IMG/VR virus record: IMGVR_UViG_3300013121_000038
Span: 38,312-102,311 of that record
Direction: 5' to 3' (one strand)
DNA length: 64,000 bases
DNA from: a virus
Lineage: Duplodnaviria > Caudoviricetes
Below the pieces are notes generated by a model. The model made no database searches, was not told where the DNA came from, and saw nothing but the letters and a program-made list of their open reading frames with translations. Below, one piece after another: positions 54,405-63,003 of the stretch. The translations under genes were made by a program, and so were the position numbers. The first letter of the stretch is position 1, and each line of letters opens with the position of its first letter.

Positions 54405-54824
54405 CTAGTTCGGTCGCTTCGAGGCCCCAGCGGACTGGGACCACGCCGAGAACTGGGTCTCGGGCTTGGGGTTCTTGACCAGCGAGGAGAGCTCGACCAG
54501 CGTCACGAACCAGATCGCGTCTTCCGCGCTCTTGTACGCTGCCATCGAGACCTCGCTGGCCATCTTCTTGGCCTGCTTGCTCAGCTCATCGAAGGCCCGG
54601 ACCATGCTCCGGATCTTCGTCAGCCGCTCGATGACGGCCCCCGCCTCGGTGAGCGGGCGCATCGACAGCTCTCGAACCGCTGCCTCCACGTCCTTCAAGG
54701 TGGTGGCGACGTTCAGCAGGCCGTCCGTGGACAGGCCGTACTGCCCGATCTTGTTCTTCAGCGCCTTGATGTCAGCGTCGATCGTGAAAACCAGCTTCTC
54801 GATCTCGAAACGCGGATTAGCCAT
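54405..54824 (-). CDS. Helical hypothetical protein
   Basis: GGGAGG RBS; promoter motif upstream. Confidence 0.7.
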   Translation of the reverse strand: MANPRFEIEKLVFTIDADIKALKNKIGQYGLSTDGLLNVATTLKDVEAAVRELSMRPLTEAGAVIERLTKIRSMVRAFDELSKQAKKMASEVSMAAYKSAEDAIWFVTLVELSSLVKNPKPETQFSAWSQSAGASKRPN

Positions 54825-54945
54825 GTGGTGTTCCTCCCGTTATGGAAAGAGGTACTCTTTCCACTTGCGGTCTTATGGCCAAAAACCGGGCTGACTTGCT
54901 CACCCAGACATGATGAAACGGAGCCTGCCTGGGTGGCAAGTAGCA

Positions 54946-55473
54946 TCACCCACCACCGACCACTCCGAGAGCTGCCAGATCCTTCGCCCAGGGCAGCTCC
55001 TGGGCCGTGGGATGCTCTGAGAAGTGGATCTCGCAGTACATCGGGCCGTACTTGATGCCGTAGATGGCGTACCTGGAGCAGTCTTCGCACCTCGGGAGAT
55101 TCTCCAGGAGCTTCATCATGACGACATTGATCTTCCTCCAGTTGGTTTCGAGCTCTCCCTCGACGATCTGCCAGGCTGCGTCGAGCTCCTGAGGCATGCT
55201 CGGCCTCGTCGGACCGCTCTGGCCGAGCACCGTGCCGTAGTTGAAGCCGAAGCGCATGTTCTTCAGGATGCCGCGCTGCTTCTGAAGCCACATGCGCTCC
55301 GGCACCAGTCCATTCGGCCGCTGGCAGACTGGGCAGGATAGGACGTGGTCGTGTGTCGGGCCGTACGAGCTCCTCCAGAACTGCACCTTCGTCAGCGGAG
55401 GCACCTCCGCACCACACCTGCACGTCCCCACGGTCGGCAGGACTATCTCAACGACCTGTCCTTGCGGCTGCAT
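54946..55473 (-). CDS. Multi-Zn-finger hypothetical protein
   Basis: CRCG, CPVC, CEDC and CEIH motifs. Confidence 0.65.
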   Translation of the reverse strand: MQPQGQVVEIVLPTVGTCRCGAEVPPLTKVQFWRSSYGPTHDHVLSCPVCQRPNGLVPERMWLQKQRGILKNMRFGFNYGTVLGQSGPTRPSMPQELDAAWQIVEGELETNWRKINVVMMKLLENLPRCEDCSRYAIYGIKYGPMYCEIHFSEHPTAQELPWAKDLAALGVVGGG

Positions 55474-55952
55474 CACACCTCCACGATTCGGTTGGAGACC
55501 TCCTCCTCGTCCCCCGGCCGCACGTCGTAGCGGTTGAGGGCCAGGATCTTGCTCACGACGGCGATGCGACGCTCCTCCATGCTCTTGAACTGGGTCTTGA
55601 AGACCTGCTCGTCCTTCGGGGTCCGGCCGTAGGCGTAGAAACCGGCTCCTGGGCGAGCCGTTGGCTTGGGCTTCTGCTTCTTCCAGTCGAAGCAGCGCCG
55701 GCAGAGCAGCGAACCCTCCCACTCGTCGACGCCGAAGCGGTACGTCCAGGTGGCGCACAGCCCGGCGTTGGGCATGCAGTGCGCCGTGGCGGCCATCCCA
55801 CCGCCACCGTTCCACATCAGCTCCTTCGGCATGTGGACGGTGACGGCTCCGCCGACCCGAAGACCTCCCCAGGCGACGAGACAGAGCTCTGTCCAGGCGA
55901 GCTCGTGGATGATCCGACCATTGAAGTCGGGGATGTTCTGGATGAGGCTCAC
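55473..55952 (-). CDS. Hypothetical protein
   Basis: CRRC motif; coupled to neighbours. Confidence 0.6.
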   Translation of the reverse strand: MSLIQNIPDFNGRIIHELAWTELCLVAWGGLRVGGAVTVHMPKELMWNGGGGMAATAHCMPNAGLCATWTYRFGVDEWEGSLLCRRCFDWKKQKPKPTARPGAGFYAYGRTPKDEQVFKTQFKSMEERRIAVVSKILALNRYDVRPGDEEEVSNRIVEV

Positions 55953-56236
55953 GGCACGGTCTCCAGGATGGCCTTGGCGCCCTTCAGGAGCTCCTCGGCG
56001 CGCTCCTTCTCCTCCTCGACACGCACCCGGAGAGCCCCGATGGCCTCGTCGACGAGCTCCTCGATGTCAGGGCCCTTCTCGCAGTACAGCTCCTGGTCGT
56101 TGAAGTCTCGAATCGAGAACTCCCACTCGGAATCCTCGCGCTCCATCTTGACGCCGATGTTCTGGTCCTCCCCCTCCAGGCTGTTGAGGAAGACCAACAT
56201 CTCGATGCAGGCATCGATCTTCTTGTCCATGCTCAT
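55949..56236 (-). CDS. Acidic hypothetical protein
   Basis: 4-nt overlaps with neighbours. Confidence 0.65.
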   Translation of the reverse strand: MSMDKKIDACIEMLVFLNSLEGEDQNIGVKMEREDSEWEFSIRDFNDQELYCEKGPDIEELVDEAIGALRVRVEEEKERAEELLKGAKAILETVP

Positions 56237-56514
56237 GAGAAGTACTCCCCGATGTTGTGGCGTTCCTCGGTGACGTGTTCGAGGAACTTCATGAACTGCG
56301 CTCCGGTGAACGGACGATCGTACTCGTCGACGATGATCTCCTGGTCGAGATGGGCGACGCAGACCGCCTCGACATCTGAGCGCTTCTGAGCCCAGGCGAA
56401 CCCGTACTTCTGGCTGCCCAGGCCCCAGCGCAGGCCGATGTGGATCTGCGGGTCGTCCGTCCTGACGACCTTCCCGGTGACGGTCTTCGCGAGCCAGTAG
56501 TAGTTCGTGCTCAC
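56233..56514 (-). CDS. Hypothetical phage protein
   Basis: MSTNYY...HIG...IVDEY motif; GTG start after GGAGG. Confidence 0.65.
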   Translation of the reverse strand: MSTNYYWLAKTVTGKVVRTDDPQIHIGLRWGLGSQKYGFAWAQKRSDVEAVCVAHLDQEIIVDEYDRPFTGAQFMKFLEHVTEERHNIGEYFS

Positions 56515-57098
56515 GTCGGCCTCCCGACGGCGATGATGCAGCCCTTGAAGCCGACGGCGTTCGCCGGGATGGGGTGGTTCTGGGACATGCAGCCGCACTC
56601 CGAGCACTCGAAGTTCTCCTGTCTCGTCGGCGGCGGGTTGACGAGCGGATAGCAGACGTCGCAGTACGGATCGTCCCCGCTCATGTGCTTGGAGCAGTGG
56701 CCTGGAGACGAGCTGCGGAGCTGCGGAATGCCCCAGAGCTTCTCGATGGGGCCGTTGAGGATAATCGTCACCTCGTCCGGCAGCGGGCGTCTGGCCTTGC
56801 CGCGCCCCTCGTAGATGGGCTCCCCGCCCTCGTCGTAGCCCTCAGGGTTCCAGCCGCTGTGCCAGCCTGGGATGCCCTCCCAGATCCAGAGGCCGTCCTC
56901 CTTGGGGATCTCGGTCCACGGTCCTGCCTCGGCCTCGCGGCCGCCGCCGAGAGCCTCGACGTCCGCCTCGATGTTGGCGCCGACCTCGTGCATCAGGTAG
57001 ACGTGCTCCCCGTTCACGAAGAAGAACGCCTTCTCGACCTTCTTCTCCTCGGCCTTCTCATCGCCGACTGACTTCACGTCCTTGAACAGATCGCTCAC
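56511..57098 (-). CDS. Hypothetical protein with Cys-rich C-terminus
   Basis: GLWIWEG; CDVC and CSEC motifs. Confidence 0.65.
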   Translation of the reverse strand: MSDLFKDVKSVGDEKAEEKKVEKAFFFVNGEHVYLMHEVGANIEADVEALGGGREAEAGPWTEIPKEDGLWIWEGIPGWHSGWNPEGYDEGGEPIYEGRGKARRPLPDEVTIILNGPIEKLWGIPQLRSSSPGHCSKHMSGDDPYCDVCYPLVNPPPTRQENFECSECGCMSQNHPIPANAVGFKGCIIAVGRPT

Positions 57099-57280
57099 TC
57101 GGTCTCTCCTGGTGCGAAGATGCGGCCGCAGTCGGTGATCTCGACCTCCTCGCTGTCCTTGTCCATGTCCGAAGTCCTCATGTTGAGGACCTGCTTCTTG
57201 GCGTCGGCCTTTGTCTCGGCCTCGACCTCGATGGTTGCGGTCGCCGTGATGGTGACGGCAACGTAGAACTTCTTGGCCAT
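57095..57280 (-). CDS. Small hypothetical phage protein
   Basis: KFYVAV...IEVEAETKADA pattern. Confidence 0.7.
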   Translation of the reverse strand: MAKKFYVAVTITATATIEVEAETKADAKKQVLNMRTSDMDKDSEEVEITDCGRIFAPGETE

Positions 57281-57537
57281 CAGTCTTCCTCCTTGCGGGT
57301 ATCGAGAGGACAGTGCCTCCCGCTCCTCTTCGGCTCACCGTCCCGGAGCTGCGGGCAGTGCTTCCAGATGCACTCTCCATCACTGGCGCCTTGGCAGAAG
57401 CCGAGATGCCAGTGATGGAGGCAGCCGGAACCGACCGGCAGCATCTTGAGTCCGAACTTCTTGTGCATGCTAGGGATGGAGCAGCCGTCCTTCGACCAGC
57501 GCTTGCATGTCACGCAGACGGAGACTGGCTCTCTCAT
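57280..57537 (-). CDS. Cys-rich small protein
   Basis: Eight Cys; DGEC-x-W-x2-CPQLRDGEP. Confidence 0.6.
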   Translation of the reverse strand: MREPVSVCVTCKRWSKDGCSIPSMHKKFGLKMLPVGSGCLHHWHLGFCQGASDGECIWKHCPQLRDGEPKRSGRHCPLDTRKEED

Positions 57538-57764
57538 CACTTCACCGGAGCGACCTTGACGCGAATGGCGCGATACCCCATCCGGCGGTAGGCGCGCAAC
57601 GTCGCTGCCCACCTCTTCCAGTACTTCTGGCGGAACTCGTCGCCCATGAACTCGAAGAGTGCCTGCTGAGACTCGGACTTGCTGAAGGCCAGGGTCCGGT
57701 GCATCAGGTACCCACCGCTCTGCCGCATGCACCACATGATCGGTGGCTTGAGCTTCTTCATCAC
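57537..57764 (-). CDS. Small basic protein
   Basis: Coupled ORF. Confidence 0.6.
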   Translation of the reverse strand: MMKKLKPPIMWCMRQSGGYLMHRTLAFSKSESQQALFEFMGDEFRQKYWKRWAATLRAYRRMGYRAIRVKVAPVK

Positions 57765-57943
57765 TTCCTCGGGTTGAGGACCGCCGAGCAGCCGGCGCAG
57801 ATGGCGACTGGGTCATCCACCTCACACCTCGGGCAGGTCTCGGGAATGGTCCGAGCCGTCAGCGCAGCGAGGATCTGGTCGAGCTTCTTGTTGATGGTCG
57901 CCTGGTTGGCGAGGATCTGTGCAGCCTGGTCTTCTGCGCTCAT
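57761..57943 (-). CDS. Small Zn-finger protein
   Basis: CPRC...CAGC. Confidence 0.6.
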   Translation of the reverse strand: MSAEDQAAQILANQATINKKLDQILAALTARTIPETCPRCEVDDPVAICAGCSAVLNPRK

Positions 57944-58134
57944 GGCTTCTTGACCTCCTTCTCGACTTCGATGGGTGCGCGTTGGTTGGTGTCGCAGGCA
58001 CACGACACTCGGCTGTCGTAGCTGATGTCGCAGGCCCTGACGACGAACGGCTTGCACTTCTGGACGCACGTGTCGCACGTCTGGATTTCGCATCCAGTAG
58101 TGACGAGAGCCGCGAACAGGATGAGGAACTTCAT
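57940..58134 (-). CDS. Putative Cys-rich lipoprotein
   Basis: MKFLILFAALVTTGC lipobox-like signal. Confidence 0.6.
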   Translation of the reverse strand: MKFLILFAALVTTGCEIQTCDTCVQKCKPFVVRACDISYDSRVSCACDTNQRAPIEVEKEVKKP

Positions 58135-58337
58135 GCCTTGACCCTCTTCATGAAGAGCTCGTGGAGCATCTGCCGACCGACAGGGTCCGACAGCGCGACC
58201 ATCAGCATGCCGATGGTCTCCGAAGCAGGGGTGAGCTCTTCGTCTCCCTCCTGCGGCGGTAGTGCGGCTTCGTAGCTGCCATCAGCGCGAACGATGATGG
58301 CAGCGTCCTGGTCTCCCAGCGTAATGGTGGAGCTCAC
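58131..58337 (-). CDS. Hypothetical protein
   Basis: AAGGA RBS; GTG start. Confidence 0.6.
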   Translation of the reverse strand: MSSTITLGDQDAAIIVRADGSYEAALPPQEGDEELTPASETIGMLMVALSDPVGRQMLHELFMKRVKA

Positions 58338-58346
58338 GTTGTCCTT

Positions 58347-58550
58347 TCAGGCAGATGGTTTGGCCGGGATCTTGGCTTCGATGACGGCCTTGAGCAGCTC
58401 GATGCACCGGGCGGTGGCGACGAAGTCGATCTCCGCCGCCCGATACAGGTCCAGCTTGTCGCGCTTGGTGGCGAACTCGATGACCTCCCTCGTCTCCTGG
58501 AGACGCTGTTCGAGCTTGATGAGGATCTGCTCGTCGGTCAGGGTGATCAC
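58347..58550 (-). CDS. Hypothetical protein
   Basis: Coupled ORF. Confidence 0.6.
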   Translation of the reverse strand: MITLTDEQILIKLEQRLQETREVIEFATKRDKLDLYRAAEIDFVATARCIELLKAVIEAKIPAKPSA

Positions 58551-58837
58551 GGGCGGCGCTCCTCGAAGATGTGCCAGACCAGAGCCGGCGGCACAGACAT
58601 CGGCAGCGGCTGGATGACGGTGCCGAGGAAGGTGAGGCGGTCGTACTTGTAGACGTGGTGGCCGGTGCCGTGGATGCGGATCTGCCGGTACTCCTTCTCG
58701 ACCTCTTCGCTGTCGACCATGGCCCAGAGGAAGAGAGAGTCGCCGATCATGCCGACCGAGAGAATAGTCGCCCCTTTCGGCATCTTCACTTCCTGCCCGT
58801 CGGTGATCGCCAGCGGGAACTTCCAGATGGTCATCAT
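58547..58837 (-). CDS. Hypothetical phage protein
   Basis: IWKFPL...MPKGA-x-IL...LWAMVD...GTGH...VWHIFE, a motif set I recall from many phages. Confidence 0.75.
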   Translation of the reverse strand: MMTIWKFPLAITDGQEVKMPKGATILSVGMIGDSLFLWAMVDSEEVEKEYRQIRIHGTGHHVYKYDRLTFLGTVIQPLPMSVPPALVWHIFEERRP

Positions 58838-59016
58838 GTGTCTTCCTCGATCTCTTTCTTGGTCCGCTCTTTGAGAACCGCTTTCTCCTTCATGCGGACT
58901 TCTTTCTTGAAGGACTTGGAACGAGACTTGTCTTGGTGCCGCCCCTCCATCATGGCGATCTTGACTCCCTTGCCGACATCACCCGGCAACTGGCCCATCT
59001 TGATGCGCGGCTTCAT
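58834..59016 (-). CDS. Small basic protein
   Basis: AGGAG RBS; Lys-rich. Confidence 0.6.
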   Translation of the reverse strand: MKPRIKMGQLPGDVGKGVKIAMMEGRHQDKSRSKSFKKEVRMKEKAVLKERTKKEIEEDT

Positions 59017-59142
59017 CAGGTCTCCTGTGCCACTCGAAACGCCAGCGGCGTAGACACTGCCACCATCCAGCACGCGCCATGTGCGAGATGGGATGAGGCC
59101 GCACTCGGTCTCTTCGATGACAGACAGGACACCGAGGCGGTC

Positions 59143-59409
59143 TCATCGCGGGTCGGTCTTCCACCGATGCACGAACTCCCTCAGGTGCGCGAGAGAGACC
59201 TGCATGCAGGTCTGCTTGGCGTTGCGGTCGCTCGTGGCCTCGTAGTAGGCGAGCTGCACCTCGGCGAGGGCGCGGCGCTCGTTGCAGACCAGCTCGACGA
59301 CGCCCTCGTTCGAGCTGACGACTTCCCAGAGCGCCTCCCAGTCGATGTCGTCGTACTTCTTGATAGCCTCCTCGACCTTGGACAGGTCTGGCCAACGGTA
59401 GTCGGTCAT
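59143..59409 (-). CDS. Hypothetical protein
   Basis: ATGA overlap. Confidence 0.6.
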   Translation of the reverse strand: MTDYRWPDLSKVEEAIKKYDDIDWEALWEVVSSNEGVVELVCNERRALAEVQLAYYEATSDRNAKQTCMQVSLAHLREFVHRWKTDPR

Positions 59410-59765
59410 GTCTTGGTTCTCCACATGAGAGGGAACGGCGACTTCGGATCGAACTGGCGCGCTGTCCAGTCGATCCGAAGCCTACCGATGCGAACGACGC
59501 AGTGGTCCGTCCAGCCGCCGATGGGGCGCTTCTTGAGCCGGTTCTCTTCCTTGGTCGTCAGGAAGCGGGGCTTCAGTGGGTGGTGTCGAGCGGAGCGCGG
59601 CCTGTAGATGACGAGCTTCGCGCTGTTGGCGCCTGGGACGAAGTTCTCCTGGATGAACCTGACGAAGAACAGAGAGACGTTCGCGCATTCTCCGTTAGCC
59701 AGGGCTGGCTTCCGAAGGTCCTGGTTCTGCTTCCTGAATCTTGAGATCGCTTCCGTCAGAGTCAT
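59406..59765 (-). CDS. Putative papain/transglutaminase-like fold protein
   Basis: GEC-x3-S, DHCVV and IDWTARQF give a Cys-His-Asp order. Confidence 0.5.
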   Translation of the reverse strand: MTLTEAISRFRKQNQDLRKPALANGECANVSLFFVRFIQENFVPGANSAKLVIYRPRSARHHPLKPRFLTTKEENRLKKRPIGGWTDHCVVRIGRLRIDWTARQFDPKSPFPLMWRTKT

Positions 59766-60165
59766 CGACGGATTCCTTCTTGGCGATGTCGCCAAGATCT
59801 AGGGTCTGAGGCTTCGGGAGCTGGCACTTCGTGTAGTAGCACTGCACGGGACCGTGGTTCCGGCACAGGCTGGGCCTGGTCTCGTACGTCTTGCAGAGCC
59901 GCGTCTCCTTGTCGAAGTGCTTGCAGGTGAACCAGAACGACGGCTTGTGGTCCATCTCGCCGTTGCCGTTCAGGTAGGAGTGGTCGAGGAAGATGAGCAT
60001 GGTGGAGAGCTTGTCGAGCTCCTCCTTCTCCCAGGGCCGCGCGGAGGCGGCTTCCTTGAGAATTTCGGCCAGGCTCATCGACTTGTCGTTGGTGCCAGGC
60101 TTGCGGATGCGGAACCGCTCGCAGCAGAACCCGCCGCAGGTCTTCGGTGCAGTGGTGTCAGCCAT
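59695..60165 (-). CDS. YkgJ-like cysteine-cluster (Zn/Fe-chelating) protein
   Basis: C-x3-CC N-terminus and C-x-HFD-x5-C-x2-YE-x-RP-x2-CR signature. Confidence 0.75.
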   Translation of the reverse strand: MADTTAPKTCGGFCCERFRIRKPGTNDKSMSLAEILKEAASARPWEKEELDKLSTMLIFLDHSYLNGNGEMDHKPSFWFTCKHFDKETRLCKTYETRPSLCRNHGPVQCYYTKCQLPKPQTLDLGDIAKKESVDDSDGSDLKIQEAEPGPSEASPG

Positions 60166-60167
60166 GG

Positions 60168-60779
60168 CTACCTCCGGTTGAACGCGTACGTCAGCGCGGC
60201 GACCACCTCGCCCATGTTCTTGCCGTCGTAGCGGACGATTCTGTTGGTCGGGCTGAGAGAGATGTCCGCCAGCCTGGCAGGCGTGTTCCACGGGTGGGCC
60301 GGCACGATGACGACGCCACGAGGACGGTTCGCGAGCCACGGGTCGATGTACTCCGGCCAGTCATCGACCAGGACCCGGCCGTAGGCGGTGCTCTTGTCCT
60401 CGGTGATGGTGACCTTGGTGCCAGGCAACTCGCGCCGGCACCAGTTCACCTTCTCGGTCCACGCAGCCGTCGTGTTGTACGGACCCTTGGTGAGGATGGA
60501 GACGTCGAAGCCGAGCTTCCTCGTCATGTCGAGAATGTCCCAGCCCGGCTGGAACCTCGGAAGGTTCTCCCACCAGCCGGGCTGGTTCTTGACAAGCCGC
60601 TTGCGCTCTCGGAACCACGGAGCGTGGTCCGGGCCGATGTCGTCCGGCAGCCCTTCCATCGGCCCCATGATCTTCTTGAGGCCCTCCCTCATGGCGCCGT
60701 CGAAGTCGGCGAGCGTGCCGTCGAGGTCGAAGAGGGCGATCTTGGCGGGGTCGAACTTCTCGTAGTTGGTCTGGGCCAT
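60168..60779 (-). CDS. HAD-superfamily 5'(3')-deoxyribonucleotidase-like phosphatase
   Basis: FDLDGTLADF, ILT, EK-x2-W, DKS and LVDD motifs. Confidence 0.85.
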   Translation of the reverse strand: MAQTNYEKFDPAKIALFDLDGTLADFDGAMREGLKKIMGPMEGLPDDIGPDHAPWFRERKRLVKNQPGWWENLPRFQPGWDILDMTRKLGFDVSILTKGPYNTTAAWTEKVNWCRRELPGTKVTITEDKSTAYGRVLVDDWPEYIDPWLANRPRGVVIVPAHPWNTPARLADISLSPTNRIVRYDGKNMGEVVAALTYAFNRR

Positions 60780-60780
60780 G

Positions 60781-61209
60781 CTAGACCTCGGCCCGCGCTT
60801 CGGGCTTCGGCAGCGTGCGGTCCGTCACGATGTAGTAGGGCATGTTGCCGGGCAGCACCGCCCAGAGCTCGCGCGGCAGCGGGCAGACGACAGCCTTGAT
60901 CGCCTGCCCCAGGGAGAAGAGCATGTCCATGGACGGGTGCTCGCCCCACTGATCGCCCTTCTTGTCCACGCAGGCGTTGAGGAAGGACATCCCTCCGCCC
61001 TTCGTCTCCATGAACTCGTCCGGCAACTGGAGGAGCATGTCGATGATGTCCTGCTTGTGCTCCTCCAGCTTCGCGGGGACGAAGCCCCACTTGTGCATGA
61101 TGCCGTCGACGATGACGGCCTTCTCCATCATCTCCTCCTGTGGGACGTCGTCCCTGAAGAGACAGTCCTTGATGATGGCTTCCACGTTGGCAGCGGTGAG
61201 CTCCTTCAC
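60781..61209 (-). CDS. Hypothetical phage protein
   Basis: GGGMSFLNAC-x-D-x2-G-x-QWGEH...LPG-x-MPYY. Confidence 0.7.
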   Translation of the reverse strand: MKELTAANVEAIIKDCLFRDDVPQEEMMEKAVIVDGIMHKWGFVPAKLEEHKQDIIDMLLQLPDEFMETKGGGMSFLNACVDKKGDQWGEHPSMDMLFSLGQAIKAVVCPLPRELWAVLPGNMPYYIVTDRTLPKPEARAEV

Positions 61210-61325
61210 AGCTTTCCCCTGAGTCTGGCGATGAGTTCGCGCTTCACGTTCCAGGCCTTCGCCAATTCGATCTGGATCTTGCGTTCCTTCCACCACTCCC
61301 ACAGCCAGCAGGTCACGGCGACCTC

Positions 61326-61511
61326 TCAGCCGCCCACGTACTCCAGGGCGGCAGCGTAGGTGGCGGTTGCGACACGGACGGCTTCCTTGAGAGCTTCCTT
61401 GACGGCGGCATCGTCGTTGAGGTCGAGCTCTCCCTTCTTCGCCTTGTCCACGACCATGGTCGTGGCGATGTCGGCGATGCGCACCTTGTCTTCGGTGGTC
61501 CAGATGCTCAC
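61326..61511 (-). CDS. Hypothetical protein
   Basis: Coupled ORF. Confidence 0.6.
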   Translation of the reverse strand: MSIWTTEDKVRIADIATTMVVDKAKKGELDLNDDAAVKEALKEAVRVATATYAAALEYVGG

Positions 61512-61612
61512 GGCTTTCTCCTGCTGTTCCGGCCCAGCAACAGGCCGACGTAGAACGAGACGGTGCAGATGAGGATGGTGTAGATGAGGATGGCCCAGGA
61601 CTGGGTGTTCAT
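61508..61612 (-). CDS. Short membrane peptide
   Basis: Single transmembrane helix. Confidence 0.5.
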   Translation of the reverse strand: MNTQSWAILIYTILICTVSFYVGLLLGRNSRRKP

Positions 61613-61767
61613 GTGGCGTCCTTCGCGTCTTTCAAGCGGCTGAACTGCATGCCGCAAGCGACGCACCAGTAGTGGATTCGTCGCCCCAGGACGCCGAGGA
61701 CGCAGGCCTTGCTTTCGCAGATAGGGCAAGGGACCTGCTCCTCGACGTCCTCTTCTTCGCAGCTCAC
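61609..61767 (-). CDS. Small Zn-ribbon protein
   Basis: CPIC...LG-x-LG...CVACG. Confidence 0.6.
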   Translation of the reverse strand: MSCEEEDVEEQVPCPICESKACVLGVLGRRIHYWCVACGMQFSRLKDAKDAT

Positions 61768-62018
61768 GGCTTCGGCCCCTTCCCAGCGAGCCAAGCGGCG
61801 TACTCCGGGATGGCTTGCTGCGCGGCGGTGCAGACGTTCTTCGGGCAGTCCCACCAGCCGCCGGTCTCGTGGTAGGCCTGGTGGGTGTTCTCGGCCATGT
61901 ATCGGATGACGTCCTTGAAGTTGGCGTGCTCCGCCTCGATCTGCTGGAGGTGCCGGTACGCCTCCAGCTCGTTCTTGGGTTCCGAGACCTGGTGAGGCTC
62001 ACTTCTCTCGTCTGACAT
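61764..62018 (-). CDS. Hypothetical protein
   Basis: AAGGAG RBS; HQAYH...C-x4-C. Confidence 0.6.
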   Translation of the reverse strand: MSDERSEPHQVSEPKNELEAYRHLQQIEAEHANFKDVIRYMAENTHQAYHETGGWWDCPKNVCTAAQQAIPEYAAWLAGKGPKP

Positions 62019-62439
62019 GCGGCTCCTTCTTCCTTGGCCTGAGCCAGGTCTTGAGCTTCTTCTGGAGGATCGCGCAGTGCTCCTTGGTGACGGCCACGAT
62101 GACCATGGCGTGCGGCTTCTCGCCGATGAAGTGGTCGATCATCACGTAGCGATCGTGCTCGCTGTCTTGCATGAGACGCACGAGCTTGCCGGCGGTGCGG
62201 CCAACAGGCGTCTCAGCTAGCCGGACCTTCTTCGGCTCCTTCTCGCAGACGTGGCCGTGCGTATCAGCCATCTTCTGCTTGCACTTCGGACAGCGCGGGA
62301 GCTTCATCTTCTTGAGACAGCGGCTACAGGTGACGTGAGCCTTGACGTCGGTGTTGTCTGAGTCGAGAGACATCCTGGTGCCACACCACTCCCAGTTGGT
62401 GAGCTCATGACCGAACGGCTTGTAGTGGGTGTGCCTCAT
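61999..62439 (-). CDS. Zn-finger hypothetical protein
   Basis: VTCSRC and CPKC motifs. Confidence 0.55.
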   Translation of the reverse strand: MRHTHYKPFGHELTNWEWCGTRMSLDSDNTDVKAHVTCSRCLKKMKLPRCPKCKQKMADTHGHVCEKEPKKVRLAETPVGRTAGKLVRLMQDSEHDRYVMIDHFIGEKPHAMVIVAVTKEHCAILQKKLKTWLRPRKKEPHVRREK

Positions 62440-62440
62440 G

Positions 62441-62686
62441 TCAGCCTTCGACGCTGATGTCGTTGATGATGTAGTGCTCGAACCAGGTGCGGCCACACGC
62501 CTTGCGCAGGCAGTGGACCTTGATGTCGATCCGGCCGGAGGTCGGGGAGTCCTGCTCCAGCGGCTCCATCGACTTGCCGCCGCAGAACGGGCAGTGGTCG
62601 TTCGGATCAGCGAGGTACTTCTTCTTCACGGGCCGGAGGAACTTCTCCTCGCCGTGGTCCATCTTGGTCGCCTTCTCGGTTTTCAT
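62441..62686 (-). CDS. Zn-ribbon protein
   Basis: CPFCG...C-x4-CG-x2-W. Confidence 0.65.
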   Translation of the reverse strand: MKTEKATKMDHGEEKFLRPVKKKYLADPNDHCPFCGGKSMEPLEQDSPTSGRIDIKVHCLRKACGRTWFEHYIINDISVEG

Positions 62687-63003
62687 GACTTCCCTTTCTT
62701 CTCGGCTGTACGCCGATGGTCGTTGAACCAGATGACGGCTTGGCGCTTGGGCTCGTTGACTCGCAGCTCCCAGCCGCAGGAGCAGTGGATGGTGTAGCCG
62801 TAGTAGGTGCCGCCGCCACGAATCGGGCTGCCGCCCAAGGCGCGCCGGACGTACTTCGGCTGGTGCGCGGAGCGCGCCTTGGGCTGGCACTTCTTGCAGG
62901 TGGCGAGAGCGGGGTCTGCCACGATCTGTTCGTTTGCCACGACGATGCCGCAGAGGGTGTGGCCTGCGGCGCCGACGAAGACCTTCACGGCGTGGATCTT
63001 CAC
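62683..63003 (-). CDS. Zn-finger protein
   Basis: H...LCG...TCKKC and CSCGW...H. Confidence 0.65.
   Translation of the reverse strand: MKIHAVKVFVGAAGHTLCGIVVANEQIVADPALATCKKCQPKARSAHQPKYVRRALGGSPIRGGGTYYGYTIHCSCGWELRVNEPKRQAVIWFNDHRRTAEKKGKS

Larger units (their letters stand above)
35633..54899 (-). promoter_or_regulatory. Dispersed family of 15 putative promoters, GCAA-N19-ATAAG on the - strand
   Basis: + strand CTTAT-N19-TTGC starts at 35633, 36262, 39830, 46152, 47773, 49100, 50354, 51377, 52900, 53997, 54872. Variants at 46689 and 51949 (TTGA), 50778 (TTTC) and 48508 (N20). All lie in non-coding gaps upstream of - strand units. Confidence 0.8.

Noticed and set aside
35633-54899. TTGC element as a sigma54 -12 box
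   Set aside because: No TGGCAC at -24, and the orientation would point away from the adjacent genes.
45860-54900. Regularly spaced intergenic motifs as a CRISPR array or integron attC sites
   Set aside because: Repeats are short bipartite motifs with unrelated stems and gene-sized spacing. No cas or integrase gene is present and no GTTRRRY core pattern was seen.
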